64,000 bases of DNA from Candidatus Woesearchaeota archaeon (lineage in GTDB: Archaea; Nanobdellota; Nanobdellia; Woesearchaeales; JABGUJ01), in the NCBI GenBank assembly GCA_018646625.1, contig JABGUJ010000002.1, forward strand, positions 100,843-164,842, written 5' to 3'. A program made the position numbers and the translations under genes. Shown here one piece after another: positions 20,071-30,295 of the stretch. The notes beneath the pieces were generated by a model, which was not told the DNA's origin, made no database searches, and saw nothing but the letters and a program-made list of their open reading frames with translations. The number at the start of each line of letters is the position of its first letter. The first letter of the stretch is position 1.

Positions 20071-20250
20071 ATCTACAGGAACTTTACACTCTTTACAAAC
20101 GTGACCTTCGTGTTTATCGCTCCATTCTGTTGAGACGTCATAAATGACTTTAATTCCACAACCAGGACACCTAGGCTCTAGGTAACTCGTATTATTAAAA
20201 AAGTCTTCTCCCTTCTCGAATGAATTATTGTTCAAAATTTTGGCCACCCT
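20071..20250 (-). CDS. Candidate small zinc-ribbon protein (~58 aa, non-ATG start)
   Basis: My own reverse-strand translation gives ...NNTSYLEPRCPGCGIKVIYDVSTEWSDKHEGHVCKECKVPVD*, a CxxC...CxxC pattern. It would start at GTG or TTG and is absent from the ATG-only track. Confidence 0.3.
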
Positions 20251-20516
20251 TCTTAGCTTATTGACTTACAAATGTTCGCACGTTTTGGAATAATGCATAT
20301 AGCGTTTGTTCTGCGTACACCCCTTTCAAATCAAAGCCCGCATTTTCCCCTTAACGTTGCTCAGAATTTATTACAAATTATATGTCAGGAGAGTATTTAA
20401 ATTTTTCGAAGAATTTGGCGATTTATAACACTTTTATCTCGAAGATATGCGTTGTATCGTTAAGATTCGGAGATATTAGCACAATCTATATAAATAGAGT
20501 ATGATCCACTTTTCTG

Positions 20517-22688
20517 ATGAGTCGATTCAATAAAGATAATGATAAAATTCTGATTACTAGTGCTTTACCTTACGTTAATAATGTTCCACACCTAGGTAAC
20601 ATTATAGGTTGCGTGTTAAGCGCAGATGTCTTTGCCAGGTTTTGTAGACTTAAAGGATTAGATACAATATATGTTTGCGGTACTGATGAACATGGTACTG
20701 CTACCGAAACTAAAGCACTCGAAGAAGGATTAACTCCTAAAGAGATTTGCGATAAATATTTTAAGATTCATAAAAAGATTTACGAATGGTTTGGATGCAG
20801 TTTTGATTGTTTCGGAAGAACATCCACAGAAACTCATAAAGAAATAACTCAAGAATTATTTAAATCGCTAGATGAAAAAGGCTTTGTAACTCAAAACATT
20901 GTTGAACAATTATATTGTAAAAGTTGTGATAAATTCTTAGCGGATAGATTTGTTGAAGGAGATTGTCCTCACTGCGAATATGAAAAAGCAAGAGGAGATC
21001 AATGTGATGAATGCGGGAAACTGTTAAATGCCGTCGATCTTATTAAACCAAAATGTAAAGTATGTGGTGCAAGTCCAAAGATTGTTGAGAGTGAACATTT
21101 ATTTCTAGATCTTCCGAAGATAGGCCCAAAGTTAGAAAAGTGGGTAAATAAACAAAGTGCAGATGGCTACTGGCCACAGAATGCGCGAACTATTACAAAA
21201 GCATGGTTTACTGAAGGATTAAAGAACAGATGCATTTCTAGAGATTTAAAATGGGGAGTACCAATACCTAAAGAAGGATTTACTAACAAAGTATTCTATG
21301 TTTGGTTCGACGCACCCATCGGATATATTTCAATCACAAAACATGCAAGAGAAGATTGGAAAGAATGGTGGTTTAATCAAAAAGGAAAAGTTAAACTGTA
21401 TCAATTCATGGCTAAAGATAATATACCATTCCACACAATAATATTCCCATCAACATTATTAGGCGTAGATGAAGGTCACACTTTATTGCACCACATAAAT
21501 TCTACCGAGTATCTTAATTATGAGAATGGAAAGTTTTCTAAGAGTAATAATCAAGGAGTTTTTGGTGACAACGCAATAGATTCAGGCATACCACCTGATG
21601 TGTGGAGATATTATTTACTAGCTAATCGTCCAGAAAACTCAGACACCGAGTTTAGTTGGAAAGATTTCCAAGAAAAAACTAACAATGAATTAATAGCAAA
21701 TCTAGGTAATTTTGTTAACAGAGCATTATCCTTTACTAAAAAATCTTTTGAGGGATGCGTTCCAGGAAGAAAATTAAATATGTTAGATGAGAAGTTCATT
21801 TCTGATGTTAATGATACACTTGCTAAAATAAATTCCTTAATGGAAGAAGTAAAGATAAGAGAAACTGTTAAACAAATAATGCATTTAACTAAATTAGGAA
21901 ATCAGTACTTCCAAGAAAACGAACCTTGGAAAGCTATTAAAACAGATCATGAAAGAGCTGAAACATGTTTAAACATGTGTCTTAATCTCGTTAATACCTT
22001 ATCAGCAGTGGTTTATCCCATTTTACCATTTAGTTCAGATAAAATCAGAGCACAACTCGGAGTGCAATCTGAGTTGAAATGGATAGAAAAATTCGATTTA
22101 TCATTAGATAAAGGACATATGATCGGATTACCAGAAGTACTATTCAATAAACTAGAAGACGATGAGATTAAAGAATATAGAACGAAATACTCAGGTAAGC
22201 AGGAAATAGTTATAGAAGAAGATGTATTTAGCAAAGTCGATCTTCGCGTTGCAGAAATTATTAGCGTAGAGGATCATCCTGACGCAGATAAACTGTATGT
22301 TTTACAAATAGATTTAGGTAGTGAAAAAAGACAATTAGTTGCAGGACTTAAACCTTACATGACAAAAGAAAGTATGGTTGGCAAAAAAATTGTGGTTGTT
22401 GCAAATCTAAAACCTGCCAAACTAAAAGGAATTGAAAGTAATGGTATGTTGTTGGCTGCAGATAAAAATGACAAAGTAATCTTGTTAGAGGCAAAATCTT
22501 CAGATTTAGGTGAGAGGGTAACTGTTGAAGGCATTGATTCATATACATCCAAACAAATTGATTTCAAAGAGTTCATGAAGATAGAGTTGGTTACAAAAGA
22601 TTCAAAAGTATTATATAACGATAAAACTCTTAAAACACAAAAAGAGGAGATTTGTGCATCAATTGAAGATGGTGCGAAAGTCAGATAA
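20517..22688 (+). CDS. metG: Methionyl-tRNA synthetase with a C-terminal tRNA-binding (Trbp111/EMAP-like) domain
   Basis: PYVNNVPHLGNIIG (HIGH-like), KFSKSNN (KMSKS), zinc knuckle CPHCEYEKARGDQCDECGK, C-terminal OB-fold region VAEIISVEDHPDADKLYVLQIDLG. Confidence 0.9.
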   Translation: MSRFNKDNDKILITSALPYVNNVPHLGNIIGCVLSADVFARFCRLKGLDTIYVCGTDEHGTATETKALEEGLTPKEICDKYFKIHKKIYEWFGCSFDCFGRTSTETHKEITQELFKSLDEKGFVTQNIVEQLYCKSCDKFLADRFVEGDCPHCEYEKARGDQCDECGKLLNAVDLIKPKCKVCGASPKIVESEHLFLDLPKIGPKLEKWVNKQSADGYWPQNARTITKAWFTEGLKNRCISRDLKWGVPIPKEGFTNKVFYVWFDAPIGYISITKHAREDWKEWWFNQKGKVKLYQFMAKDNIPFHTIIFPSTLLGVDEGHTLLHHINSTEYLNYENGKFSKSNNQGVFGDNAIDSGIPPDVWRYYLLANRPENSDTEFSWKDFQEKTNNELIANLGNFVNRALSFTKKSFEGCVPGRKLNMLDEKFISDVNDTLAKINSLMEEVKIRETVKQIMHLTKLGNQYFQENEPWKAIKTDHERAETCLNMCLNLVNTLSAVVYPILPFSSDKIRAQLGVQSELKWIEKFDLSLDKGHMIGLPEVLFNKLEDDEIKEYRTKYSGKQEIVIEEDVFSKVDLRVAEIISVEDHPDADKLYVLQIDLGSEKRQLVAGLKPYMTKESMVGKKIVVVANLKPAKLKGIESNGMLLAADKNDKVILLEAKSSDLGERVTVEGIDSYTSKQIDFKEFMKIELVTKDSKVLYNDKTLKTQKEEICASIEDGAKVR

Positions 22689-22689
22689 A

Positions 22690-23121
22690 ATGCGAAGTAA
22701 ATTTATTGGACTGTTTGTTGTTTTCTTATTCATCATTAGTATTTGTTCTTCATTTGCTTTCGCGGAAAATGATAATGAAACAAAATCAAGTTTTCAAGAT
22801 TACGTATCAGGATTCTTTGATAAAATAAAAAGTATTTTTGCAAAGAATGTAGAAAAGAACACTAAAGAAGCAGTCGATGAAACTGTGGACGAAGTCGTCG
22901 ATGAACAAACATCGTCTACCGAAGAATCATCTAAAACGTCATTATTAGATAAAGTAATGAATCTGGTAAAAGGCGGTAGCTTTATTTATATCATAATAGG
23001 GATTGCAATATTCATCATATTGGCGAAGTTAATATCGACAGCATCAGAAATGTTTGGAAAATTATTATTAGTTGTATTAATTATTTTACTAATACTCGCA
23101 TTATATAGATATTTATTCTAA
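22690..23121 (+). CDS. Small membrane protein (N- and C-terminal TM helices)
   Basis: Hydrophobic FIGLFVVFLFIISICSSFAFA and FIYIIIGIAIFIILAKL...LLVVLIILLILALY. The start is placed at the in-frame ATG just after the metG stop. Confidence 0.4.
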   Translation: MRSKFIGLFVVFLFIISICSSFAFAENDNETKSSFQDYVSGFFDKIKSIFAKNVEKNTKEAVDETVDEVVDEQTSSTEESSKTSLLDKVMNLVKGGSFIYIIIGIAIFIILAKLISTASEMFGKLLLVVLIILLILALYRYLF

Positions 23122-24092
23122 AGATTTTTTCTACAAATTTTAAGAAGTTCTTTTTGAAGATCTTCAATCTCCAAATAAACAGGAATCTTTCTTCTTGAAT
23201 CTAAGAAGTGGTCAACAGCCTCTTCTTTAGCAATATCTGTTTTACTAACATAAATTAGAATATCTTTACCTAATTTCTTTATTGTTTCAAGAAGTTTTAC
23301 TTGATCTTTGTAAGAATAAGTTTCAGTAGGATCAAAAACATAAACAATCAAATCAGCACAATACTTTAGCGCCAAATCAGCTTGCACCTCAACTACATTC
23401 ATTTTATCAGCCCTATTCAACGTTCCAGGTGTATCAATAAATTGAATTTTCAAGTATGCTTTTTTCAAGTAACCAGTGTTTAAACCTTTAGTTGTAAATG
23501 CATAATTTTTTATCTCAGGTTTAGCGGAAGTCATTTTTGCAAGCAATGTAGATTTACCCACATTAGGAAAACCTGCAATGCACACTGTAAACATCGACTT
23601 AATGGAAGGAAACTGCCTCATAGTTTTTCTAGCTTCTTCCAAAAACTTAAGATCAGATTCAATTCTGTGTATTAACGATGATGCTCGCCCATAGTATTCT
23701 TTTCTATATCTATTAATGGCAGGCAAATCTTCGCATCGTCTTATCTTTTTAATATAATCATTACCGAACAAAACTATTTTTTCTCTTAACCAATTTAATC
23801 CACCAAGAGATAGTTTCATTTGTTTCATATCAATAAATACTCTAAATAATTTTTTGTAGAACTCAGTCATTCCATCTAAATCAGGATATGATTGTATTAG
23901 CTTCATCATTGCCGAAGATATGGTATCAGAAATAGCCATTATCTTTGTGATTTCAATTTTTTTGGATTTTTCTTCTCTCGTACCTTTAAGTTTGGCAGAA
24001 CGAACATCATTAGCTTCTTTTGTTGCATGTCTAAAAGCCAAGTCTATGTAAAAGTCGGCCGATTCGATCTTCTTTACACCGTCTAAGTCCAT
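23118..24092 (-). CDS. Nog1-type GTPase (Obg/HflX-related, archaeal NOG1 homolog)
   Basis: G1 GFPNVGKSTL and a NOG1-like N-terminal helical domain; ~320 aa as in archaeal Nog1. Confidence 0.7.
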   Translation of the reverse strand: MDLDGVKKIESADFYIDLAFRHATKEANDVRSAKLKGTREEKSKKIEITKIMAISDTISSAMMKLIQSYPDLDGMTEFYKKLFRVFIDMKQMKLSLGGLNWLREKIVLFGNDYIKKIRRCEDLPAINRYRKEYYGRASSLIHRIESDLKFLEEARKTMRQFPSIKSMFTVCIAGFPNVGKSTLLAKMTSAKPEIKNYAFTTKGLNTGYLKKAYLKIQFIDTPGTLNRADKMNVVEVQADLALKYCADLIVYVFDPTETYSYKDQVKLLETIKKLGKDILIYVSKTDIAKEEAVDHFLDSRRKIPVYLEIEDLQKELLKICRKNL

Positions 24093-24179
24093 ATTATCTC
24101 CAATTAAGTATCTGTTTAACTAATTTTTGAATAAAGATGCAGCTACATCTATTGTTTATGCAAGAAATAATATCAAGAA

Positions 24180-24368
24180 TCAGAAAGTAACACGAAATTT
24201 ACCTGTTTTGGATTCAGGAGATTTTAGATTTAAGATTGTGTAACTATCAGTATCTTGCTTCTTAGCCCACGCCTCAGCAGCATCCTTTGTAATAAAGGTC
24301 TTAGGCCTAGCTTGTCTATTTCTGCCGTTTTTTATTACTCGTTCCCTTTTCTTAATGTGTACGCTCAT
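24180..24368 (-). CDS. Small basic hypothetical protein (~62 aa)
   Basis: Internal Met MSVHIKKRERVIKNGRNRQARPK...; the track's longer N-terminal extension looks like non-coding read-through. Confidence 0.3.
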   Translation of the reverse strand: MSVHIKKRERVIKNGRNRQARPKTFITKDAAEAWAKKQDTDSYTILNLKSPESKTGKFRVTF

Positions 24369-24470
24369 TGTTGTGTATCCAAAATCTATGGGTCCTATAT
24401 AAAGATTTTGGGAGAATGGCCAAGCATAACATTTAAATACTAGATTACTTCGTTTTTTTAGGTAGGTGAT

Positions 24471-25931
24471 TTGATGAATAGGTGGGTATGTACAAAGAAA
24501 GGACATTTAAAGCTCTTTGCACTGTTTTTTATGGTGGTTATGTTATCTGTTTCTGCAAGTGCTTTCAAGCTGTATGTTAACGATATGGACAAGAAAGTTA
24601 GCGTAGATGAAGTAGCAACCTATAATTTATCCTTATTCAATGATGATGTATATACCGAACACTACACATTCTCAGTACCAGATATTAGATGGAGCGCATA
24701 CACTGACCCAGTTGTATACATGCACCACGGATTAACATTATTACCAGATGGACAGCAATACATTCCATTTTACGTTAAAGCACGGAAAGATACGCCAGTA
24801 GGCAAATATCAATTCTTATTGGAAATTGAATCAGATAGAGGTCAAAAAGAAAGCAGAGTGATTGGAATAGATATTATCCCTACACCTCCTGTGATTATTG
24901 AAAAGATCTACGACGTAGATGTTGATGTAGGGGTAATTATTCCCTCCAAAGTCGATCCTAGAGATGTTCTAAATATTCAAGTTGTTTTGACTAATAAGAA
25001 TCCGAGATCTTATAAAAATGTTGAAATTGTGTTAGAAAGTGAATTGTTTGAAAGATCACTGAAGACAGATTTAGAAGGTAATAGAACAAAGAAAACAGAT
25101 TTCTCCGTTAACTTAGATCAACAACAAGATCCGGGCAAACATAAAGTTACAGTTACCGTTTTACTGAATGATAAAGAACATTCTGGAGCATACAAAGACT
25201 TTGAAGTTGTAGAATACCTACCACCATTTACACAAACAGAAACTATAAGCGAAATGTTTCTGAAAACTGTTAGAAGATTGAATCTTAGAAACGATGCTAA
25301 TGTTGTAAAGAACAGAAGCGTACAATCAAAAGTTGTAGGTTGGAAATCCCTATTCGTCAAGTCAGATCCAAAATACTATGTAGAGAATATTGACGGAGAC
25401 AAGTATCTATCCTGGGACATTCATTTAGAACCTGGAGACGAGACTGCGATATTAATTACTTATGATTATAGACCACTCTTTATTGCACTAGTTGTTTTAA
25501 TAATTGGAATTGTATTGTATCAACTATTGAAAAGTCCGGTTGTTGTTAGTAAACAAATATCTCAGATTGAGACTAAAGAAGGTTCTCTATCAGAAATGAA
25601 AGTAGTTTTAACAATCAAGAACCGACGAGATAAGAGTGCAAAACATATTAGAATTATAGAAAAGATACCTAAGTTTGTCCAAATTGTTAATGATTTTAAT
25701 CACACATTATCTCCAACTAAAAAATACAATTACAATAACGGATCAGTAATACAATGGGAATTAGAAAACTTCGATCCAAGAGAAGAGAGAATTATCAGTT
25801 ACAGAATCAGAACAAAGCTTAGCTTTGTTGGTAGCTTTAAACTTCTACCAACTATTGTTGAGTATACGACAGAGGGATCTAAGAATAAGATGATTTCCAT
25901 TTCTAACAGCTTAGATGTTGTTAGCGAATAA
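24471..25931 (+). CDS. Secreted/surface protein with a C-proximal TM anchor
   Basis: Signal peptide LFALFFMVVMLSVSASA, a beta-rich body, a late TM helix (LFIALVVLIIGIVLYQLL), then ~130 aa. Confidence 0.45.
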   Translation: MMNRWVCTKKGHLKLFALFFMVVMLSVSASAFKLYVNDMDKKVSVDEVATYNLSLFNDDVYTEHYTFSVPDIRWSAYTDPVVYMHHGLTLLPDGQQYIPFYVKARKDTPVGKYQFLLEIESDRGQKESRVIGIDIIPTPPVIIEKIYDVDVDVGVIIPSKVDPRDVLNIQVVLTNKNPRSYKNVEIVLESELFERSLKTDLEGNRTKKTDFSVNLDQQQDPGKHKVTVTVLLNDKEHSGAYKDFEVVEYLPPFTQTETISEMFLKTVRRLNLRNDANVVKNRSVQSKVVGWKSLFVKSDPKYYVENIDGDKYLSWDIHLEPGDETAILITYDYRPLFIALVVLIIGIVLYQLLKSPVVVSKQISQIETKEGSLSEMKVVLTIKNRRDKSAKHIRIIEKIPKFVQIVNDFNHTLSPTKKYNYNNGSVIQWELENFDPREERIISYRIRTKLSFVGSFKLLPTIVEYTTEGSKNKMISISNSLDVVSE

Positions 25932-25983
25932 TACAATCATTTAGAAAAGATTTATAAATCACTTATTTTTGCTCTTCTCATAT

Positions 25984-26105
25984 CCCTACCTAGCTCAATG
26001 GCTAGAGCGTTCGGCTGTAGATGTTGCATGACTTTGCATTAAGCTTGGAATGAAGTGCAACCAGCTGTTACCGAAAGGTTCCTGGTTCAAATCCGGGGGT
26101 GGGGA
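25984..26105 (+). tRNA. tRNA-Tyr(GTA) with a ~49 nt intron at the canonical 37/38 position
   Basis: Hand-folded. Acceptor ccctacc/ggtgggg with a C1-G72 pair (archaeal Tyr identity element), D stem gctc/gagc, anticodon stem ttcgg/ccgaa with loop ctgtag|a, T arm cctgg-ttcaaat-ccggg. Exon order matches M. jannaschii tRNA-Tyr. Confidence 0.6.
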
Positions 26106-26166
26106 TTTGGATTTTTTTAATTTCTGTTTCGCATTACTAAAAAAATGAAATAGGGGGTGCTATAAG

Positions 26167-28119
26167 ATGGAATTAACCTTGGCTCTAATAGCGAGCGTGG
26201 TTGCACTTCTATTCGCTTTATTCGTGTCTTGGCGAATAGTTAGGATTAAAGTTAAAGACAAAAAGGTGTTGGAGATTTCTGATGCTATACACAAAGGTGC
26301 TATGGCGTTCTTGAAAACAGAATATAAGATATTGTTTGTATTTGTTATTGTTGTAGCAATACTTTTGACATTGTTTATTGATTGGCAAACAGGTTTTTCA
26401 TTTGTATTTGGGGCAGTTTGTTCTGCAATTGCAGGCTATGTTGGTATGAAAGTTGCGACAAAAGCTAATGCAAGAACTACAATGGCTGCACAAAAGAATT
26501 TGTGTACTGCACTAAGAGTAGCGTTCTCTTCAGGAGCAGTCATGGGTTTATGTGTTGTTGGCCTGGGATTGATGGGAGTTACTGTTCTCATTTGGTTCTT
26601 TAAAGTTCCAGAATTAATATATGGATTTAGTTTTGGAGCATCGTCGATTGCATTATTTGCAAGAGTTGGCGGAGGAATCTTTACTAAAGCAGCAGATGTT
26701 GGTGCTGACTTGGTAGGAAAAGTAGAAAAGAACATACCTGAAGATGATCCTAGGAATCCTGCAGTTATCGCAGACAATGTTGGAGACAACGTTGGAGATG
26801 TAGCTGGAATGGGTGCAGACTTATTCGAAAGTTATGTTGGTAGTTTAATTGCAGCAATGGCTTTAGGATTTGCAGTGTTTGGAACAAAAGGTATCTTTAC
26901 ACCTTTGTTAATTGCAGCACTAGGAATTATCGCATCAATTATAGGTACTTTCTTCGTTAGAACAAACAATGAAAAGAAACTACATAGTGCATTAAGAAAT
27001 GGACTACTGGTTGCATCAGGTTTAGTGATTATCGGATCATTCTTTATAACCACATTATATCTCGGAAATATCAATGTATTCTGGGCAATAATTGTTGGAC
27101 TTGTTGCTGGTGTGTTGATTGGTTTAATAACAGAGTACTATACATCATATGACTATGGCCCTGTTAAAAAAATAGCCAAATCATCATTGACTGGATCGGC
27201 GACCAACCTAATATCAGGACTTGCGATTGGCATGAGATCTACAACTTTACCAGTATTGGTTATTGTTGTAAGTATTTTCTTGGCTTATTGGTTTGCAGGT
27301 TTGTACGGTATAGCCATAGCAGCAGTAGGTATGTTAAGTACATTAGGTATATCTTTAGCAATAGATGCGTATGGCCCTGTTGCAGATAATGCGGGCGGCA
27401 TAGCGGAAATGGCAGCGTTAGGTAAAAAGATAAGAAGTAAAACAGATGCACTTGATTCTGTGGGTAATACTACAGCAGCAATGGGCAAAGGTTTTGCTAT
27501 TGGTTCTGCAGCACTAACTGCACTCGGTTTATTTTCAGCTTATGCGATTGCGGCAAAACTCGAGTCAATATCTATACTTAATCCACTAGTTTTGATAGGA
27601 TTGTTCTTAGGCGGAATATTGCCATTCTTGTTTTCATCTATGACTATGAATGCGGTTGGAGAAGCTGCGTTCGCCATGATAGAAGAAGTAAGAAGACAAT
27701 TCAAATCAATTAAAGGATTAATGCAAGGTAAAGCTAAACCTAACTACGAAAGATGTGTTGAGATCTCAACCAAATCTGCGCTTAAGATGATGATCATGCC
27801 AGGTTTGATTGCAATACTATCTCCAATAGTTGTTGGACTGTTATTAGGTCCAGAAGCACTTGGAGGTATGTTGGCAGGATCGCTAGTCACTGGCGTATTG
27901 TTAGCTATTACAATGGCTAATGCAGGCGGTGCATGGGATAACGCCAAAAAGTACATAGAAATGGGTAAACATGGTGGAAAAGGCTCTGATGCTCACAAGG
28001 CAGCAATAGTAGGCGATACCGTAGGTGATCCATTCAAAGACACATCCGGTCCAAGCTTAAACATTTTAATTAAGCTCATGACCATTGTAGCGTTAGTTTG
28101 TGTTCCTCTATTGGTTTAG
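26167..28119 (+). CDS. hppA: Membrane-bound H+/Na+-translocating pyrophosphatase
   Basis: Diagnostic [24 protein letters not shown] and DNAGGIAEM motifs; polytopic, 650 aa. Confidence 0.9.
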   Translation: MELTLALIASVVALLFALFVSWRIVRIKVKDKKVLEISDAIHKGAMAFLKTEYKILFVFVIVVAILLTLFIDWQTGFSFVFGAVCSAIAGYVGMKVATKANARTTMAAQKNLCTALRVAFSSGAVMGLCVVGLGLMGVTVLIWFFKVPELIYGFSFGASSIALFARVGGGIFTKAADVGADLVGKVEKNIPEDDPRNPAVIADNVGDNVGDVAGMGADLFESYVGSLIAAMALGFAVFGTKGIFTPLLIAALGIIASIIGTFFVRTNNEKKLHSALRNGLLVASGLVIIGSFFITTLYLGNINVFWAIIVGLVAGVLIGLITEYYTSYDYGPVKKIAKSSLTGSATNLISGLAIGMRSTTLPVLVIVVSIFLAYWFAGLYGIAIAAVGMLSTLGISLAIDAYGPVADNAGGIAEMAALGKKIRSKTDALDSVGNTTAAMGKGFAIGSAALTALGLFSAYAIAAKLESISILNPLVLIGLFLGGILPFLFSSMTMNAVGEAAFAMIEEVRRQFKSIKGLMQGKAKPNYERCVEISTKSALKMMIMPGLIAILSPIVVGLLLGPEALGGMLAGSLVTGVLLAITMANAGGAWDNAKKYIEMGKHGGKGSDAHKAAIVGDTVGDPFKDTSGPSLNILIKLMTIVALVCVPLLV

Positions 28120-28125
28120 AGGGCT

Positions 28126-28150
28126 ATTTTTTCTTTTTTTTCTTGATTTT
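28126..28150 (+). terminator. Oligo-T tract after the hppA stop (archaeal intrinsic terminator candidate)
   Basis: ctattttttcttttttttcttgatttt immediately after the stop. Confidence 0.4.
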
Positions 28151-28305
28151 GAGTATATTTCTGTGTTTAAGGGGCCCTAAAGAGAAAGCTTTATAAAGGG
28201 ATTAAATTTCTTGCCTGCATGGCGAGTTCACCCTTCTATGCCTAAAAAGAGCGATAAAATCGTAGCTATGGCTCTGAAAAGGCGGCAGAGAGGGCTGTTG
28301 ATCTT

Positions 28306-28380
28306 GCCCTGGTAGTGTAGCCTGGTCTATCATGATGGACTGTCGCTCCGTCGACTCGGGTTCGAATCCCGACCAGGGCG
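28306..28380 (+). tRNA. tRNA-Asp(GTC)
   Basis: Acceptor gccctgg/ccagggc, anticodon stem atgga/tccgt with loop ctGTCgc, T arm tcggg-ttcgaat-cccga. Aligns base for base with M. jannaschii tRNA-Asp. Confidence 0.8.
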
Positions 28381-28429
28381 TTTAATTCAAGCCATATGGC
28401 GGTCAAAAAAGGGTTTGATTGCGATTCAA

Positions 28430-28520
28430 AGGCCGGTAGCTCAGCCTGGAGTTTAATTACGGGCAATAGAGCACTCGACTTTTAATCGAGTGGTCGCGGG
28501 TTCGAATCCCGTCCGGCCTA
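28430..28520 (+). tRNA. tRNA-Lys(TTT) with a ~17 nt insertion (non-canonical intron) in the D-loop
   Basis: Acceptor aggccgg/ccggcct, D stem gctc/gagc, D-loop agcctgg[agtttaattacgggcaa]ta, anticodon stem ctcga/tcgag with loop ctTTTaa, T arm gcggg-ttcgaat-cccgt. Confidence 0.6.
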
Positions 28521-28560
28521 TCATAATCAATAAGTAGGGCCATCCTACGGAGGGAAAAAA

Positions 28561-28818
28561 TTGGCAAAGGAAGCAAAACTATCGAAATTTGATGTATCCA
28601 AACACACCCTCGTTCCGAAGCACACAAAACTAAGCGAGTCGGAGAAGAAAACACTTCTTAAAAAATACAATATAACAGTAAAAGAATTACCTAAAATCTT
28701 GATCAATGATCCTGCGATCATTCGTTTCGACCCAAAGGTAAATGACGTTATTAAAATCGAAAGAGGAAGCCACACAGCACGTAGCTCAGTCTTTTACAGA
28801 GGTGTTGTAAATGCGTAA
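28561..28818 (+). CDS. rpoH: DNA-directed RNA polymerase subunit H (Rpb5 homolog)
   Basis: HTLVPKHTKLSESEKKTLLKKYNITVKELPKILINDPAI...GDVIKIERGSHTA matches RpoH; first gene of the rpo operon. Confidence 0.85.
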   Translation: MAKEAKLSKFDVSKHTLVPKHTKLSESEKKTLLKKYNITVKELPKILINDPAIIRFDPKVNDVIKIERGSHTARSSVFYRGVVNA

Positions 28819-30295
28819 AAGTAACTTGCTTGTTAAAAAGTTCTTCGAAGATAACTCTTTTGTTGAGTCCGACATAAAATCATTTAACAATTTTATCGAT
28901 AATGGACTACAAATTATTATTGACGAGAATAAATACGTTGAACCTACAATCATACCTCATAATGTTGATGAGTTTAAGATCAGGTTAGATAAAATTTGGG
29001 TTGAAAAACCTATGATTACTGAAGCTGACGGTTCTAAAAGAAAAGTATTCCCGATCGAAGCAAGATTGAGAAAGATTTCATATTCTGCTCCAGTGTTTAT
29101 AGAGATTAGTGCACACATTAACGGCGTGCAAAGAGAATCCTTCGTTACTCAAATAGGGGACATTCCAATTATGCTTCATTCTAAGTATTGTCATCTATAC
29201 AAGATGTCAAGAGACCAGTTGATTGAACAAGGAGAAGATCCAGATGATCCTGGTAACTATTTCATAATCAACGGAACTGAAAAAGTTCTAATTAACATTG
29301 AAGATCTTGGAGCTGACAAAATGTTGATCTCCAAAAACACAACAGGTGTTAGTGCATACTCAGGACAATTGTTCAGTGAGCACGGATCATACAAGATTCT
29401 TCATAATATCGAACGACTTAAAGATGGAATATTTTATTTCTCATTTACAAGAGTAAAAAGAATTCCATTAGTTGTATTGATCAAAGCCTTAGGCATAACT
29501 AAAGACGAAGATATAATGAGATTAGTTTCATCAGATAAGCAATATGATGAGATTATAATCAACTTATACGAGTTTGTTAACATCAAAACAGCAGAAGATG
29601 CTCAAGATTATCTTGCAAAGAAATCAGGTATAACTCAATCTAAAGAACAAAGAGTTGAAAGAATGCAAGAAATAATGGATAAGTATCTTTTACCTCACAT
29701 TGGAACTACTACAGAAGATAGATCAATGAAGGCATATAACTTATGCAAATTCATAAAGAAATTCATACAAGTTTCCACTGGCGAGATACCGATAGATGAT
29801 AAAGACCATTATGCAAACAAGAGACTAAAATTGTCAGGCGACCTATTGGCCGACTTGTTTAGAGTAAACATAAAGGTTTTGATAGGGGATCTTCTTTACA
29901 ATTTCCAAAGAATTGTTAAGAGAGGTAAATTACCTTCAATCAAAGTTATAATCAGAGAGAAACTCTTAACTTCCAGAATATACAGTTCAATGGCCACAGG
30001 TAATTGGGTTGGCGGAAGAAAAGGTATTAGTCAGAGAATTCAAAGACTAAATTTCTTAGACACTATGAGTCATTTGCAAAGAGTTGTTAGTCCTCTTAGC
30101 GCAAGTCAAGAGAACTTCGAAGCAAGAGCTTTGCACAGCACTCACCTAGGAAGACTTTGTCCTAACGAAACTCCGGAAGGTACTAATATCGGATTAAGAA
30201 AGAACTTAGCTTTAATGGCGACAATCTCAGAGAATTCTGATTCAGAGGATGTCATGAAACAACTAAAAAGCTATGGCCTTAAGGAGGTTAGGTGA
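28811..30295 (+). CDS. rpoB2: RNA polymerase subunit B'' (N-terminal half of the Rpb2 homolog)
   Basis: Rpb2 N-terminal protrusion/lobe/fork regions. Overlaps rpoH and rpoB' by 8 nt and 4 nt. Confidence 0.85.
   Translation: MRKSNLLVKKFFEDNSFVESDIKSFNNFIDNGLQIIIDENKYVEPTIIPHNVDEFKIRLDKIWVEKPMITEADGSKRKVFPIEARLRKISYSAPVFIEISAHINGVQRESFVTQIGDIPIMLHSKYCHLYKMSRDQLIEQGEDPDDPGNYFIINGTEKVLINIEDLGADKMLISKNTTGVSAYSGQLFSEHGSYKILHNIERLKDGIFYFSFTRVKRIPLVVLIKALGITKDEDIMRLVSSDKQYDEIIINLYEFVNIKTAEDAQDYLAKKSGITQSKEQRVERMQEIMDKYLLPHIGTTTEDRSMKAYNLCKFIKKFIQVSTGEIPIDDKDHYANKRLKLSGDLLADLFRVNIKVLIGDLLYNFQRIVKRGKLPSIKVIIREKLLTSRIYSSMATGNWVGGRKGISQRIQRLNFLDTMSHLQRVVSPLSASQENFEARALHSTHLGRLCPNETPEGTNIGLRKNLALMATISENSDSEDVMKQLKSYGLKEVR

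Noticed and set aside
24369-24506. N-terminal extension of the 24180-24506 ORF
   Set aside because: The extension is hydrophobic or low-complexity and precedes a well-placed internal Met. It probably comes from the track's longest-ORF rule.
28266-28775. Minus-strand ORFs of 65-76 aa overlapping the tRNA-Asp/tRNA-Lys region and the rpoH start
   Set aside because: They run antisense through two well-folded tRNA genes and the rpoH coding region, have no motifs, and are explained as chance ORFs in structured RNA and coding DNA.
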